This document shows, piece after piece, positions 53,071 to 64,000 of a DNA stretch of 64,000 nucleotides. How positions within the stretch are numbered: position 1 is the stretch's first letter; each line of letters starts with the position of its first letter. Under the pieces are notes generated by a model. That model ran no database searches and had not been told where the DNA came from. It was given only the letters and a program-made list of their open reading frames with translations. Position numbers and translations under genes: made by a program. The DNA comes from Carcharhinus amblyrhynchos (taxonomy: Eukaryota): contig OZ336883.1 in NCBI GenBank assembly GCA_965287045.1, forward strand, positions 30,752,001-30,816,000, read 5' to 3'.

Positions 53071-54206
53071 GTCAGTTTAGTTCATGGAAAGTATAGAGAA
53101 ATGCAAACAGCCAATATTATACCACCTATTTTAAGGCCCAGGAGTAAATACACACAAATACAAACAAAATTCAGCTCAATAGCAATATCCCTAGCAAACA
53201 TTTTGAAGTAATTATTTTGTATTTGTCTCACCACCCAGAAAATTAAATATTTTAGTCCTGAATCTTTGGAGTTTTATTTGTAATTCCATTATGAAATGTG
53301 CATGAGGACAAACATTTTACAATTAAAATTAAGAGTATTGTATGCCAAATATAAGCTGCACAAACAATTTACGCAAAATTACGGACCCTGAAAGCTGCAC
53401 TGCTGCTCATGAAGTTGAGACTGGGCCTCAAGAGAGGGAGTGAGCTAGAACACAGCATAGGTACAAGATAACTATACTGCCATTGTGTAAAACAATACAT
53501 GACACGTAGAGTACCTCAAGGGCAAAGTCTTAATGGTAATTTCCGCAAAAGGAAGCACATTTAAAAAAACATTTAATCAATCTGTGACTGAATCAGTAGT
53601 CAACCAAGCCAATGCAGTTCCAAACTCATTTGGTGAATGGGAGCAGGAAGGAACAGCCAAGCACTTTCAGACATTCAGTTCCCTCTTCTGTTGACAACAG
53701 CTGGCCACATTTAGGAAGCCTGTCTGATAGAAAGAGCTCTGAGCCCAGAGGAAGTGCGTGTCCAGGGGTGTTCCTTCTGTACATAGAAACAGTCAACTCC
53801 TTGAATTGTTGCAAGAACTTAACCTCAAAGAGAATTACTGTAATGCACCAACAGTCATCTGTTTTTGCTGAAGCCAAATATGTACATATAGCTGACGCAC
53901 AGTGGATTACTCATCATCCACTGATATTAAACTTAGTTCCTGTACATGGTCACACCTTGTTAGCTGCAAAAAAGATATAAAATTGCTTACTATGTCTGCA
54001 ATTTCCTTCAGTGCGTGACCCCACCCTGTCTGTACAATAAGATTTTAATAAATTTGAGGGTAGAATCTACCATGAAGCCTCTCCCAAGCAAGCAAAATGT
54101 GCATTTGTGTAGCACCTCTTACATCTTTAGGACTACCCATAAAGCTCGAATAACTTTTAAAATGAGAGTCACTATTATGTGGGCAAGCATGGAACAAAAT
54201 TTGTAC

Positions 54207-54504
54207 AGTAAGAAGTCTCACAACACCAGGTTAAAGTCCAACAGGTTTATTTGGTAGCAAAAGCCACTAGCTTTTGGGCCTCTGACCCTTCATCTGGTGA
54301 GTGGAGAGTTGTGATCACAAACAGGGGATGTAAAGACACACACTCATCTTTACATCCCCTGTTTGTGATCAGAACTCTCCACTCACTGACAAACGGTCAG
54401 AAGCCCGAAAGCTGGTGGCTTTTGTCACCAAATAAACCTTTTGGACTTTAACCTGGTGTTATGAGACTTCTATGTTTACTCCAGTCCAATGCCGGCACTT
54501 CCAC
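54207..54504. mobile_element. Penelope-derived palindromic element (family B), near-perfect hairpin of about 125 bp
   Basis: Arms 54211-54336 and 54347-54471 with a 10-nt loop, tail to 54504, TSD aacaaaatttgtac / aacagaatttgtat; inserted in a decayed DeuSINE (about 54060-54720). Confidence 0.85.
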
Positions 54505-55129
54505 AACAGAATTTGTATACAACAAACTGAAATGAGATAAATGACCAATTAACCAATTATGGTGATCTGATTGAAGAAAGTGTTTGATCTGAATGTTTAA
54601 GAACTCCCTTACTTCTTTTTAAATAGTATCATAGGATCTTTTATGTTCATCTGAACACACGGACTGCCTCTTTTCAATATCTCTTCCAGAAGACTACATT
54701 ATCTGTCATTGCAGCCACTCTCTCTAGCCGGATGTTTGATATGCTACTGACCTACAGGATTATTTAAAAAGCCAATACCCATGAGCAAACAAATGGATGC
54801 ACTTTGAGTTTTTTTAAAGTTCTGATTCTATTTGGAATTTCTTCTGCGCACACATATAAACAAGCTAGTTTCTGTTTTGCGACTCAAGGCTCAAGGTGCA
54901 TTATATGATCATGATGATGTCATTGCTCAAATGGGTCTATATCTTAAACACACACATTCGTGCATTTGCGCTGTGTCATGTCCTCAGGCAGCCCCAAACC
55001 ACTTTTCAACCAGTAAGTTAATTTCGAAGTCAGTCACTTGTGCGTAAACAAATGTTGCAGACATTTTGGATACAGCAAAGTCCCATACACAGCGAATTAA
55101 TAAATAAATGGACCAGTTAATATTTTGTT

Positions 55130-55420
55130 TTTATTTAACTACAGATTTAGGACATGGCTGATGTTTCATTTATTCCCCAACTGTTCTAGAACCACCTTTA
55201 GAATATAACCAAGTGGCTTGCTTGGCCATTTCAGAGGGCAGTTGAGCCTTTGCTGTGGATCTGAAAGCACATACAAGTCAAACTGGATATAGAGACAAAG
55301 TTCCTTCCCTATAGGACATTCGTGAACCAGATGGGTTTTTATGACAATTATTGACACCAGCTTTTTTAATTCTAGATTTTATTTAATTGCAATTAAAATC
55401 TACAGCTGCCATACTATTTG
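55130..55420 (-). mobile_element. tRNA-derived shark SINE with the LINE-shared tail
   Basis: gtggcttgcttggccatttcagagggcagtt...ccttccctataggacattcgtgaaccagatgggttttt, recalled as a common elasmobranch SINE body. Confidence 0.55.
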
Positions 55421-57210
55421 AACTTAATCTTTACCTTCTCTCCAATACTCAATTTAAAGCAACTTTAAACTCCCCAAATGCAAGATCCATTTTTTTCATT
55501 TTAATAGCCTAAAGTGCACCCACCATGTTATTCTAATTACATTAATTTCCAGCCAGGGACCAAGCTTCCTAAGTCTCTGGAAATCCTTTCAGCTTACATT
55601 ACAAATGTTTTTAATGTTGTACATAATACCTCACCAATGCCACCAATTCCTAAATGGGTTTCACAAAAGTTAGCTTGGCAGGTTTGAAGACCCACTTGCT
55701 GCACAAGAACAGCATATTAGGAGCAGGCAGCATCAGCATCATAAAACTAGTTTTAATAAAATATCAATTAAACACTACAAGGCCTGCATAGCTTGAACGT
55801 GTAGTTTGAACCTTCCTTCTCTGCTTTCCCCCTCATCCTTCCGTGGGCCAGCTATGAATCAGCAACACAGTAGGCAAGCTGTTGGGTTATTGACATGGTT
55901 TCCATTACTACATTTCAGGAGCCTGAATCACAAATCATCCTTTAAACTTGTAAGAGCAGCAGTACATAGGCAGCATTTCTCACTTTACTGGCATAAACGT
56001 GTAAACCACAAAATGCATTTCAGGAAACCACATTTGGTCACCATTTCCTTTCACTGAAAATATCCTCTTCCTGACAGCATCCTGTAAGCATTCTCACCCT
56101 CGATAGTGATTAATAATAATCCACTTAGTCTGCTGAAGTCTTAAAGTTTTTGTGACCACCATGGAAGTCTGAGGCAGCTAAAGGATCAAATAAATTATTA
56201 ACATTTCCAAGGCTTTTCAACGTGTATCTATTGAGCACAAGAGCAATAAAGAAAAGATAATTGAATGCATTATAACTTAAATTTCCAGTGCGTCAATAAT
56301 TGTATATTGGGTCAAATAGATCAGTTTTACTACTCTAAATGTCCATGATGATCAATACATGAAAATTATATTTTAGATTCATCTTGTTGCGCACAGAACA
56401 GTACATGGTTCATACATCGTTTTAAAAAAATGAAACTTCATAATATTTGCATTAATAATAGCAATGCCATTACCTTAAACACCAAGATGTCATCACCTTA
56501 AGTCTCACCACGAATCAAATTGAAATTTTAAAGTTGAACATGTATAAATACTTCAAACGCCAAGTTTGAAAAAAAAACTAGATTAAAGATAACACGATCC
56601 AAATGTTTGAAAGCAGGAGATATGGTAAGGCGTAGGTTCAAACAATACTTTAATGCTTTTTACGCAAGCTTAGTTAATACCTCGTCTGGATTCAATTTCT
56701 CCAGTATTCTCATTGTTCTCACCGGGTCCCCATAGTCCAAAACCTCCAACTTGCTCAAAAGCCTAGCCTTCAATAAGACCTATCTTTCATCACTTCTGCC
56801 CTCATTAAACAACAACCTATATTGATTCCATGCCACCAACACATCTTCAATTACCACTATAGCTTTGTACCCACAATCCCTATTTCTGCCATCTCCCCCA
56901 CTGCCTGATTTTACAGTGCAGAAAGAGACCAGTCTAACAGGTCCATTTTGACTATCACGTTCCCCATAAGTCTCCTCCCACTTTTTAAAATCAGATTTTT
57001 ATATGAGCACGTCCCTTTATTCTCCTCTTCATCATGTATTTTTCTAGCTTTTCCCTAACAGCAGGTATGTCAGTCACCTCAACTACTCCTTAGTTCTAAC
57101 ATTCTAATCACTCACTGGATAAGGAAGTCTTTCTCAATTTGTGACTGCATTTGTTGTAAATATGGCCCCAGTTCTGGTCTCCCTTCAAATGAAAACATTT
57201 TTCCTACTTT

Positions 57211-57888
57211 TGTTATGATCCCAATTGATGTTATTGCTGGATGAGAAGGACTCAATAGCCATGAACTTTCAAACTTTCACACAATACCTCAGGGATCCAG
57301 CCACTATCAGTTCACAGGCAAGAGGTAGAGACTGCCAATCTTACGACTACTTCAGATCTCTGACTTCTCACTAGCCAACTCCACCAGACCTGTACTTTTC
57401 AGCTCTGTCCTTAACTTCAATAAACATGATCCTATTCAAGTTTTGCCAATCCTTTAACTTGAGTTTTATGGGGTCTTCTCTTTGCATTCCCTGATTTCTA
57501 GAACTACCAGTCCTGTAATTTATCTAGGACTTGCTTTCTTATGCTTCTGGCAGAGCTGAGAGAGCTGTTTCACCTCTAGCTTCCTGGATCTTTCTGCTAC
57601 TGGTTCAGTTAAAACAAAATAAAAACACAAGGTATTTTCCCTAAAGGTGAGCTCTCACTGCTAAGCAACAGCTTGTCCTTTCTCCAAGTTCTTTACTTCG
57701 TATGCCATAAACTCTAAGCACAATACAGACACAGTATGAAATGAAACCAAAATCCTCATACATGCAAAGATTTTTGTTTAACATGAGTATAACTGAAGTT
57801 TCAATACTTTCTAACACTAAAATCTGTAACTTACTTTCAATATCTACCAATACAAATATAGTTTACTTAAAACATCACCTTCCTGACA
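57211..57888. mobile_element. Probable solo LTR nested in a CR1 relic (about 56900-57955)
   Basis: TGTTATGA...TCCTGACA termini (6/8 inverted); CR1 sequence gaaaacatttttcctac resumes as ctaccttatcaaac after it; TSD unclear. Confidence 0.5.
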
Positions 57889-57949
57889 CTACCTTATCAA
57901 ACTCTTCCTAAAATTAAAGGCCGCAATCAGGTCTCCTCCACCTTTTCTT

Positions 57950-58180
57950 GTAGCATTCTCCCCTCTGCATGGGTTTCCTTCCTCAGTCCAAAGATGTGCA
58001 GGTTAGATGGATTGGTCATGCTAAATTGCCCCTCATTGTCCAAAAACGTAGGTAAGGAGGATTAGTGGGTAAATATATGGGGTTATGGAGAAAGGGCCTG
58101 TGTGGGATGCTCTATCAGAGAGTCAGGGCAGATTCAAATGGGCTGAATGGCTCCCTTCTGCACTGTAGGGATTCTATAAT
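57950..58180 (+). mobile_element. HE1-type V-SINE, 5' truncated
   Basis: cattctcccctctgcatgggtttcc...cagtccaaagatgtgcaggttag...gcactgtagggattctat. Confidence 0.85.
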
Positions 58181-59274
58181 GACTATAAATTTATAATCAT
58201 TACCTTAGCCAGTTTTAATAGGCTTCAGGTACTACATGCATTTATGTCAAAATTTGTTGTTGCTGTTACATTTCCATTTTTGAAGGCAAGAGAATCCTGA
58301 ATGAAGAAAGGGTAAACCCTATAGCTTTAAAAATTTGAAGACTTTGTTTTTTCTTCTGTGAAGACCACCAAAAAATAGCATAGTATAAAAGCCAGTGGAG
58401 CTTTAAGGCTGCGGGCATTTAAGAATTAATATTGAAAACAGTATAAAAGAGAGGACAGAATACCTACCATTAGGAGAGACTTAACATCTGTAATTCCCTA
58501 TCATCTTTAGTTCTATGCTCATATGCCTTTGGCCTTTTCAACAGCTTTCCACCTTTACCCCGCTATTAGTTGCGGATGTGTTAGCTAGATAATCGCTGCT
58601 CTGAAACTTCGCCCCTTAATCCTTCTGACTTTTTAATTCTTTTTCCAATAACCATTCGAAAAGCAATCTTTTCAACCAAGTTCTTGATTATCTCTAATTT
58701 AGCACAAAAAATGATCCTTTGCATATTTAAAAGTGGTAACTTGACAATTTTATTAATGAAGTTTATAATGAGTTTATCATTAAACTTTATTAATCAGTGT
58801 CTAGCCCATGACCTGCAGGTAACCCAATACCAAATCATAGAAAATGATTTTTAAAAATCTATGTATAGCTATTTACTGGTTTCATTCGTGTGCGGTAGAC
58901 AGTTTATTAGCTAGTTAAATATTTATCCATTAAAAACTATTAAAAGGATTGTACTCGCACCCTGGCACCTGAAAGTACAATTTTAAAGATATTCTTAAAG
59001 TCATGCAACTGATCTAATTAGCATAAAGTCACCTTGGCGATTCACATATTTTCCTGTGAGGGGCAGGGAAAGCAGGGATAGAGCTGGCTCTCGATGTGAT
59101 TTTTGTTTAACATTAGTGCTAAAGGTTTTGGAAATACAATTTACACTGGACGTAACCTGGATGTGAAATTTCTGGATCTTTAATGCTTATCTTGCTCAAT
59201 TTAGACAGCAAACTCTGTAAAGGCTAGTGCAACCTACCTAAAACGCTACTTCAACAGAGGCTAACAAGCCTAAA

Positions 59275-59470
59275 ATTAAAGCAAAATCCTGCGGATGCTG
59301 GAGATCTGAAATAAAGACAAAGTACTGAAAAAATTCAGCCACACTGGCAGCATCTGTGGAGAGAGAAACAGAGTTAACGATTCTAGCCCAGTACGATGAC
59401 TCTTCAGCACTACGACTCTTCAGCACTACTGCCAGACCAGCTGCACTTTTCCAGCACTTTCAGTTTTTAT
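59275..59470. mobile_element. Family A palindromic element with an internal 16-bp tandem duplication
   Basis: aaagcaaaatcctgcggatgctggagatctgaaat tail, ctggcagcatctgtggagagagaaacagagttaacg arm; gactcttcagcactac twice (59398-59429). Confidence 0.75.
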
Positions 59471-59819
59471 ATTTACAAGTCTCCCTAGCAACATTCCTAT
59501 AAAGAATTTAAGGAATTTCTGCTCAAGGGGAATTAGGATGGGCAATAAATGCTGGCTTTGCCAGTCAGTGTCACATCTCAAACACACATCTTTACAGTGC
59601 TCAATGTAAAAATCCCGAAATGAAGAAATAAAAAACCCTACAATCTGTAAAATTTAATTCTGTGTTATATTGTGCTGAAAATCTTCAATGATGCCTGCCA
59701 GAATGGCAATATTCACCTCAAAATTGCACATTTTCTCAAACCTGGTTTCATTTCAAAATGTTGGCATCCCTCAGTTGATATCCATTTTTAAAGTTACTAA
59801 ATAACTGACAATAAATCAT

Positions 59820-60178
59820 GAATCTATAATCTAATCTCAGGGTTTAAAGCATTTTATGAAGTGCAATGGAAACAGTTTCTCTCCAGCTACTCTATCTACA
59901 CCTCTCATGATTTTGAGTGCATCAAAAGTTCTCTCAAACTTTACTCTAAAACAACCAGGGCTTCTCCACTGACTCTCATAACTGAAGTACCTCATCGCTT
60001 GAGCTATTCCCCCAAATTGTTTCTGCACCCTCGCCAATCCCTTCACATCGTTCCTCAAGTGCAGTACCCAGAATTGGACAAAATACTCCAGTTGAGGCCA
60101 AACTGGTGTTTTCTTAAGGTTCATCACAACTTCCTTCTTTGTTCCTTTTGTCTCTTTATAAACCCAGAACGCCAATAA
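59820..60178 (-). mobile_element. CR1 ORF2 C-terminal fragment
   Basis: ORF 59837..60175: PQLEYFVQFWVLHLRNDVKGLARVQ...KIMRGVDRVAGEKLFPL. Confidence 0.85.
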
Positions 60179-63100
60179 CGATGGTCACGCAGCCAGCAAT
60201 ATTGGAAATTTGCAGCCTTCTTCCTCGAGAGAATTAGAATGGTGTTTTATAAAATGATGAAGGTCCATCAATGAAATTTTTCCTAAAACAAATCTTTTGG
60301 ACTCATCCTCCTCATATGTGCATTTTGACAATTAATATTGCTCTTCTGCTTAACTAAGTACTAAACTTAAATTATTTTTTGCTGCAGCTTTAATTAATTA
60401 GAGTCTTCAAAGGCCAGGATCCCATTGCCAGCAAGACTGTACCCAACATTTCAACTCAGGACCTGGTGCCCTTCCCTGCCCACTATGCGCAGAGGTATCC
60501 TAACAGTGGATCACTGCAGCCCCTAACCCAATGCTGCAGTGAGTTACACAGCTCTTCCATAACATCTTGTGTAAACCACATCTGTGCATCCGTTTGTTGA
60601 CACTTAGTCACATCCTATTCAACGTTAAAAGTCCTCACTACACCCAGCTATATAAAGAAACAAAGCAGATTTTTTTCAATGTTTCAAAGAACAAAGAAAA
60701 TTACAGCACAGGAACAGGCCCTTCGGCCCTCCAAGCCTACACCGATCACGCTGCCTGATTGAACTAAAACCCCCTGCTCTTCCGTGGACTATATCCCTCT
60801 ATTCCCATTCTATTCATGTATTTGTCAAGACTCCCCTTAAAAGTCACTATCGTAATTTCCTTCAGAATTCTAAAATTTAATCTCTTTTGGGAGCAATAGA
60901 TCTTCAAGTTTTGCAATTTTAAGATTTACTGAAGCATGTTAATTAGACACAGACAAAGTAGGTCTGATAATTACAAGCCCGAGTGGCCTGTGTATAAACA
61001 CAGGAATAAAGTAACTAGTTGACTTTGGTATGTGAGCAAATTGAAACTTAAAGGGGGAAAAAATAAAATGTAAGAACAGGATAGACTAATTTCCTTACAC
61101 TTGCTAAGCTAAGGCACCAATTTTATGGATTTACCACTTTTTTAGGGCAACCTGTTTAATTATACAAGAAATTTATAGAAAAATGGAGAATTAATGGATT
61201 GAACTGTTAAGAGGTTCTAATCAAGTTAATTTCTTAATCAAGCTTTGTATGTAAAATAAATGAATTGCAGGCTGGTAGTTCTAAGAAGAATTGTTGAGAT
61301 AAAAATGATTTAACTTGCATAAAAGGTAACCTGTTCCATTCATTAAATTTTTGTCTTGTTGTTCTGTTTTCCCTCCACCCAAATGCTTGTTTTCCTTATC
61401 CTACTTCACTCACTGGATATTTTATTTTCACTTTCTCTCTAATCTTCTTTGCTGCACCTTTTACAGCATGGCTTACTTTCCTTTCATTTTATAAATCCTT
61501 GCCTTTTCCATTTTGAATTCAGCCAAAATTTCTAGTACTACTTCATCAACAGTTATCCTCTAATTGTTCTGTCTCCTCCTTTTGTAACCTCTGTGGCCAA
61601 CCACAAACTTCTGCAAAAAAAAGGCTTTCATCAACTTTAATCAGCTACTTCTTTTAACAACTTTCCCTTTTTATGTGTACAATAAATTCCATTAATACTT
61701 ATTTACCTGACAGTCACTTCCTATACCTTCTACTTTCTCTTTCTTTCTCCCCTCTGCCACATTAGTTTATAGTTATTGCCAAAGCATTAGTTATTCTCAT
61801 GGAAATGGCACTGATCACAGCTTTGGTCAGCAGAAGCCTATAGAGACCTTTCCTGATACAGAATGGGTCCGATTGTATAAGAAATCAGAGCTCTTCCATC
61901 CCAACACCATTTCTCCAATCACATACGTAATTGAATCACCATTACTATACTGTCTAGCCTGTTAACTATAGAAGTACTTCTGTCATTATTACCCTTGCTC
62001 TTTCATCACCTCATGTTTTGGTACAATCCCAATTCTATTTCCAGGATTACAACTTCTGTTGCTTCCCATCACTCTTTTAAACAAGATAACCTGGCAGGCA
62101 ATCTATTGTTTGGAAATCTTAGTGGTATCACTGTAACAGGGATTCCACACTAATTATCCACTTGATAGTTCAACACTCGAGGAAATCTCTGTACTGCCTT
62201 TGTGGATGCTCGCTCACTCTTTTTCTTTGCTAACTGTTGTAATGAGACCAGGTCAAAAGAGGTTTACTAACTTTCACAAGGGAAAAGTGAGTTCATCAAG
62301 GGGAGGGGTGGAGGTGGAAGAGATAAGCTTCTATTTGAAAAAAAAGAACAATCCATCCCTGATAAGGAGTCTTAAATGGGTGCTTGTATTATTTCTGAGG
62401 AGTGGACAGCCCCTTCCTCAGATAACCGGGTTTTCTGGCAGAATGAAGCAAGCAGGCACTTAAGATGAGGCCATGACAATGAGATTCCAATCCTACATAA
62501 TAGAGTGAGCAGTTCTGGGTAGCCTTGAGTGGGCACATCGCCAGCCTAATTGTTAGGGTCACAACCCAAGCTTTATAAAGGTCCATACAATCTTAACTTA
62601 CACAACTGGTTGAGTAGCACTGTAGGAACCAGCCAAGTATAACTAATCACAGCAGCTGTTAATTAAGTAAAATATTACTGGCTACAACCAACCATGAGAC
62701 ATTGCACTAAGTCAGTCAGTAAGTTCTTAACAGCAAACAGAAATCAAATAAATTAAAAGCACTGTGCAGTACAAATTGCAGTACTGTGCCCTAATCTCAT
62801 CTGGTGAAATTAAACTCCACAGTGTTCTTTCGCACTTGTAATCATATCTTGAAAAATGTTTGGATGTATTCTTTCTATACATAGTCGTATACAATTTTAG
62901 ACCATTCAAAGCATTTTGATGAAGCAGTTAGCATTGGTCAACATTTTTAAGTTACACCCGGAAAATATTAAAGTAATCGTGACTCTTTGTGCAGTGACAG
63001 TTTCCTATTACAAGTGATTGAGTACCAATATGGTTGTGTGACAGAATTTCCTGCACACCCGGTGTTTGTGCTGGCATCACATTCTTACTTTCAATCCCTT

Positions 63101-63540
63101 TATTCACTGCAACTACAGTGTTATACGCCAGTAAAAAAGTTGATTTGTCCCTTGTCATAACAATGCCTATTAAGGAAGTGTCTAACAAATTGCGGAATGT
63201 AACCTGTTGATTCTCAGACAGGTTTTTAGTCCTCCACCTCTGTTCAGGAAATAAGAATTACATTAGAGGATACTGAACTTAAGCCAATTCAATGGTTCTT
63301 GTCCAAGTCCCAAACAAACAAATTGGGTTTGAGAAGTTTTACCTCCAAAATATATATATATTATTTTACACATATAAATGTGTTCTCTTATTACATTTTA
63401 AACGTTGAAATTTCAATAATGTTTTAGATTTCAACAATTATCCAATCTAGTAAATTAAGTTTGAAAATGAATTCACTTCAGGTACTGTGTAACCAAGCTA
63501 GCACAGTCAAAAACTGTATCAATATACTACTTTTTTGAAA

Positions 63541-63715
63541 ATGGAGATGCCAGTGTTGGACTGGGGTGGGCACAGTAAGAAGTCTCACCAAAGTTTAACC
63601 TGGTTAAAATCCAACATGTTTATTTGACATCACAAGCTTTTGGAGCACTGCTGCCTCATCATCCGAAAGCTCTTGATTCCAAATAAACCTGTTGGACTTT
63701 AACTGGGTGTTGAGA
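63541..63715. mobile_element. Family B palindromic element, internally deleted
   Basis: ggagatgccagtgttggactggggtgggcacagtaagaagtctcac tail and arm; right arm ccgaaagct...caaataaacctgttggactttaac. Confidence 0.75.
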
Positions 63716-64000
63716 AAGAAAATTCTTTGGACATTGGGAGGTCACATATTACATATACTGGTAAATCTGGGGTAGTAGTGTTGCAAAACGATAACTCATG
63801 CAACCTTCTTGAAATATGCAATCTGGCCCAGAGAATAGTGCTGTCAAGTTTTATTAAACTCGTTGAGAATTGGTGGTAAGTGTCTGCATCTAAAGAGGGG
63901 ATTAAGTACGTAGAGATATAATGGAAGGTTAAATGCCCAAACCACTATAGAGAGCATATTTTGATGCTAAGAATCAATATTCCAGACTGTACATAATATT

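Noticed and set aside
42809-64000. Canonical exon 2 (..DFEIIKVIGRGAFGE) and exon 1 of CDC42BPB
   Set aside because: Scanning by eye found no matching segment; DFE-like hits at about 49715 and 55025 do not continue in frame. They probably lie beyond the window, though I may have missed them.

Overview
Eukaryotic, AT-rich vertebrate genomic DNA, almost certainly from a shark or other elasmobranch (HE1-type V-SINEs, DeuSINEs, CR1 LINEs and Penelope-derived palindromes). The whole window lies inside one minus-strand gene, CDC42BPB (MRCK-beta, myotonic dystrophy kinase-related CDC42-binding kinase beta). I resolved 19 consecutive GT-AG exons (numbered 3-21 by analogy with the human gene, from memory; 2637 nt, 879 codons, phases consistent) covering the kinase domain, AGC C-terminal tail and coiled coils, plus a 51-nt cassette exon (GSVSSSSTSSLLAFWEE). 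I did not find exons 1-2 or the C1/PH/CNH/CRIB exons here. The introns are dense in transposon relics: HE1 SINEs, CR1/L2/Tx1 LINE fragments, solo LTRs, an internally deleted Tigger element, MITEs and ancient SINEs. The most interesting signals are (i) TSD-flanked palindromic elements carrying degenerate minimal hammerhead-ribozyme cores, one with an apparent U3:A8 core variant; (ii) an in-frame 69-nt candidate exon upstream of exon 3 that would rebuild a GxGxxG kinase P-loop; (iii) a candidate alternative terminal exon after the coiled coil; (iv) a sense-oriented solo LTR with TATA and poly(A) signals; and (v) inverted SINE pairs. Repeat boundaries are approximate and family names come from recall, not from a database search.
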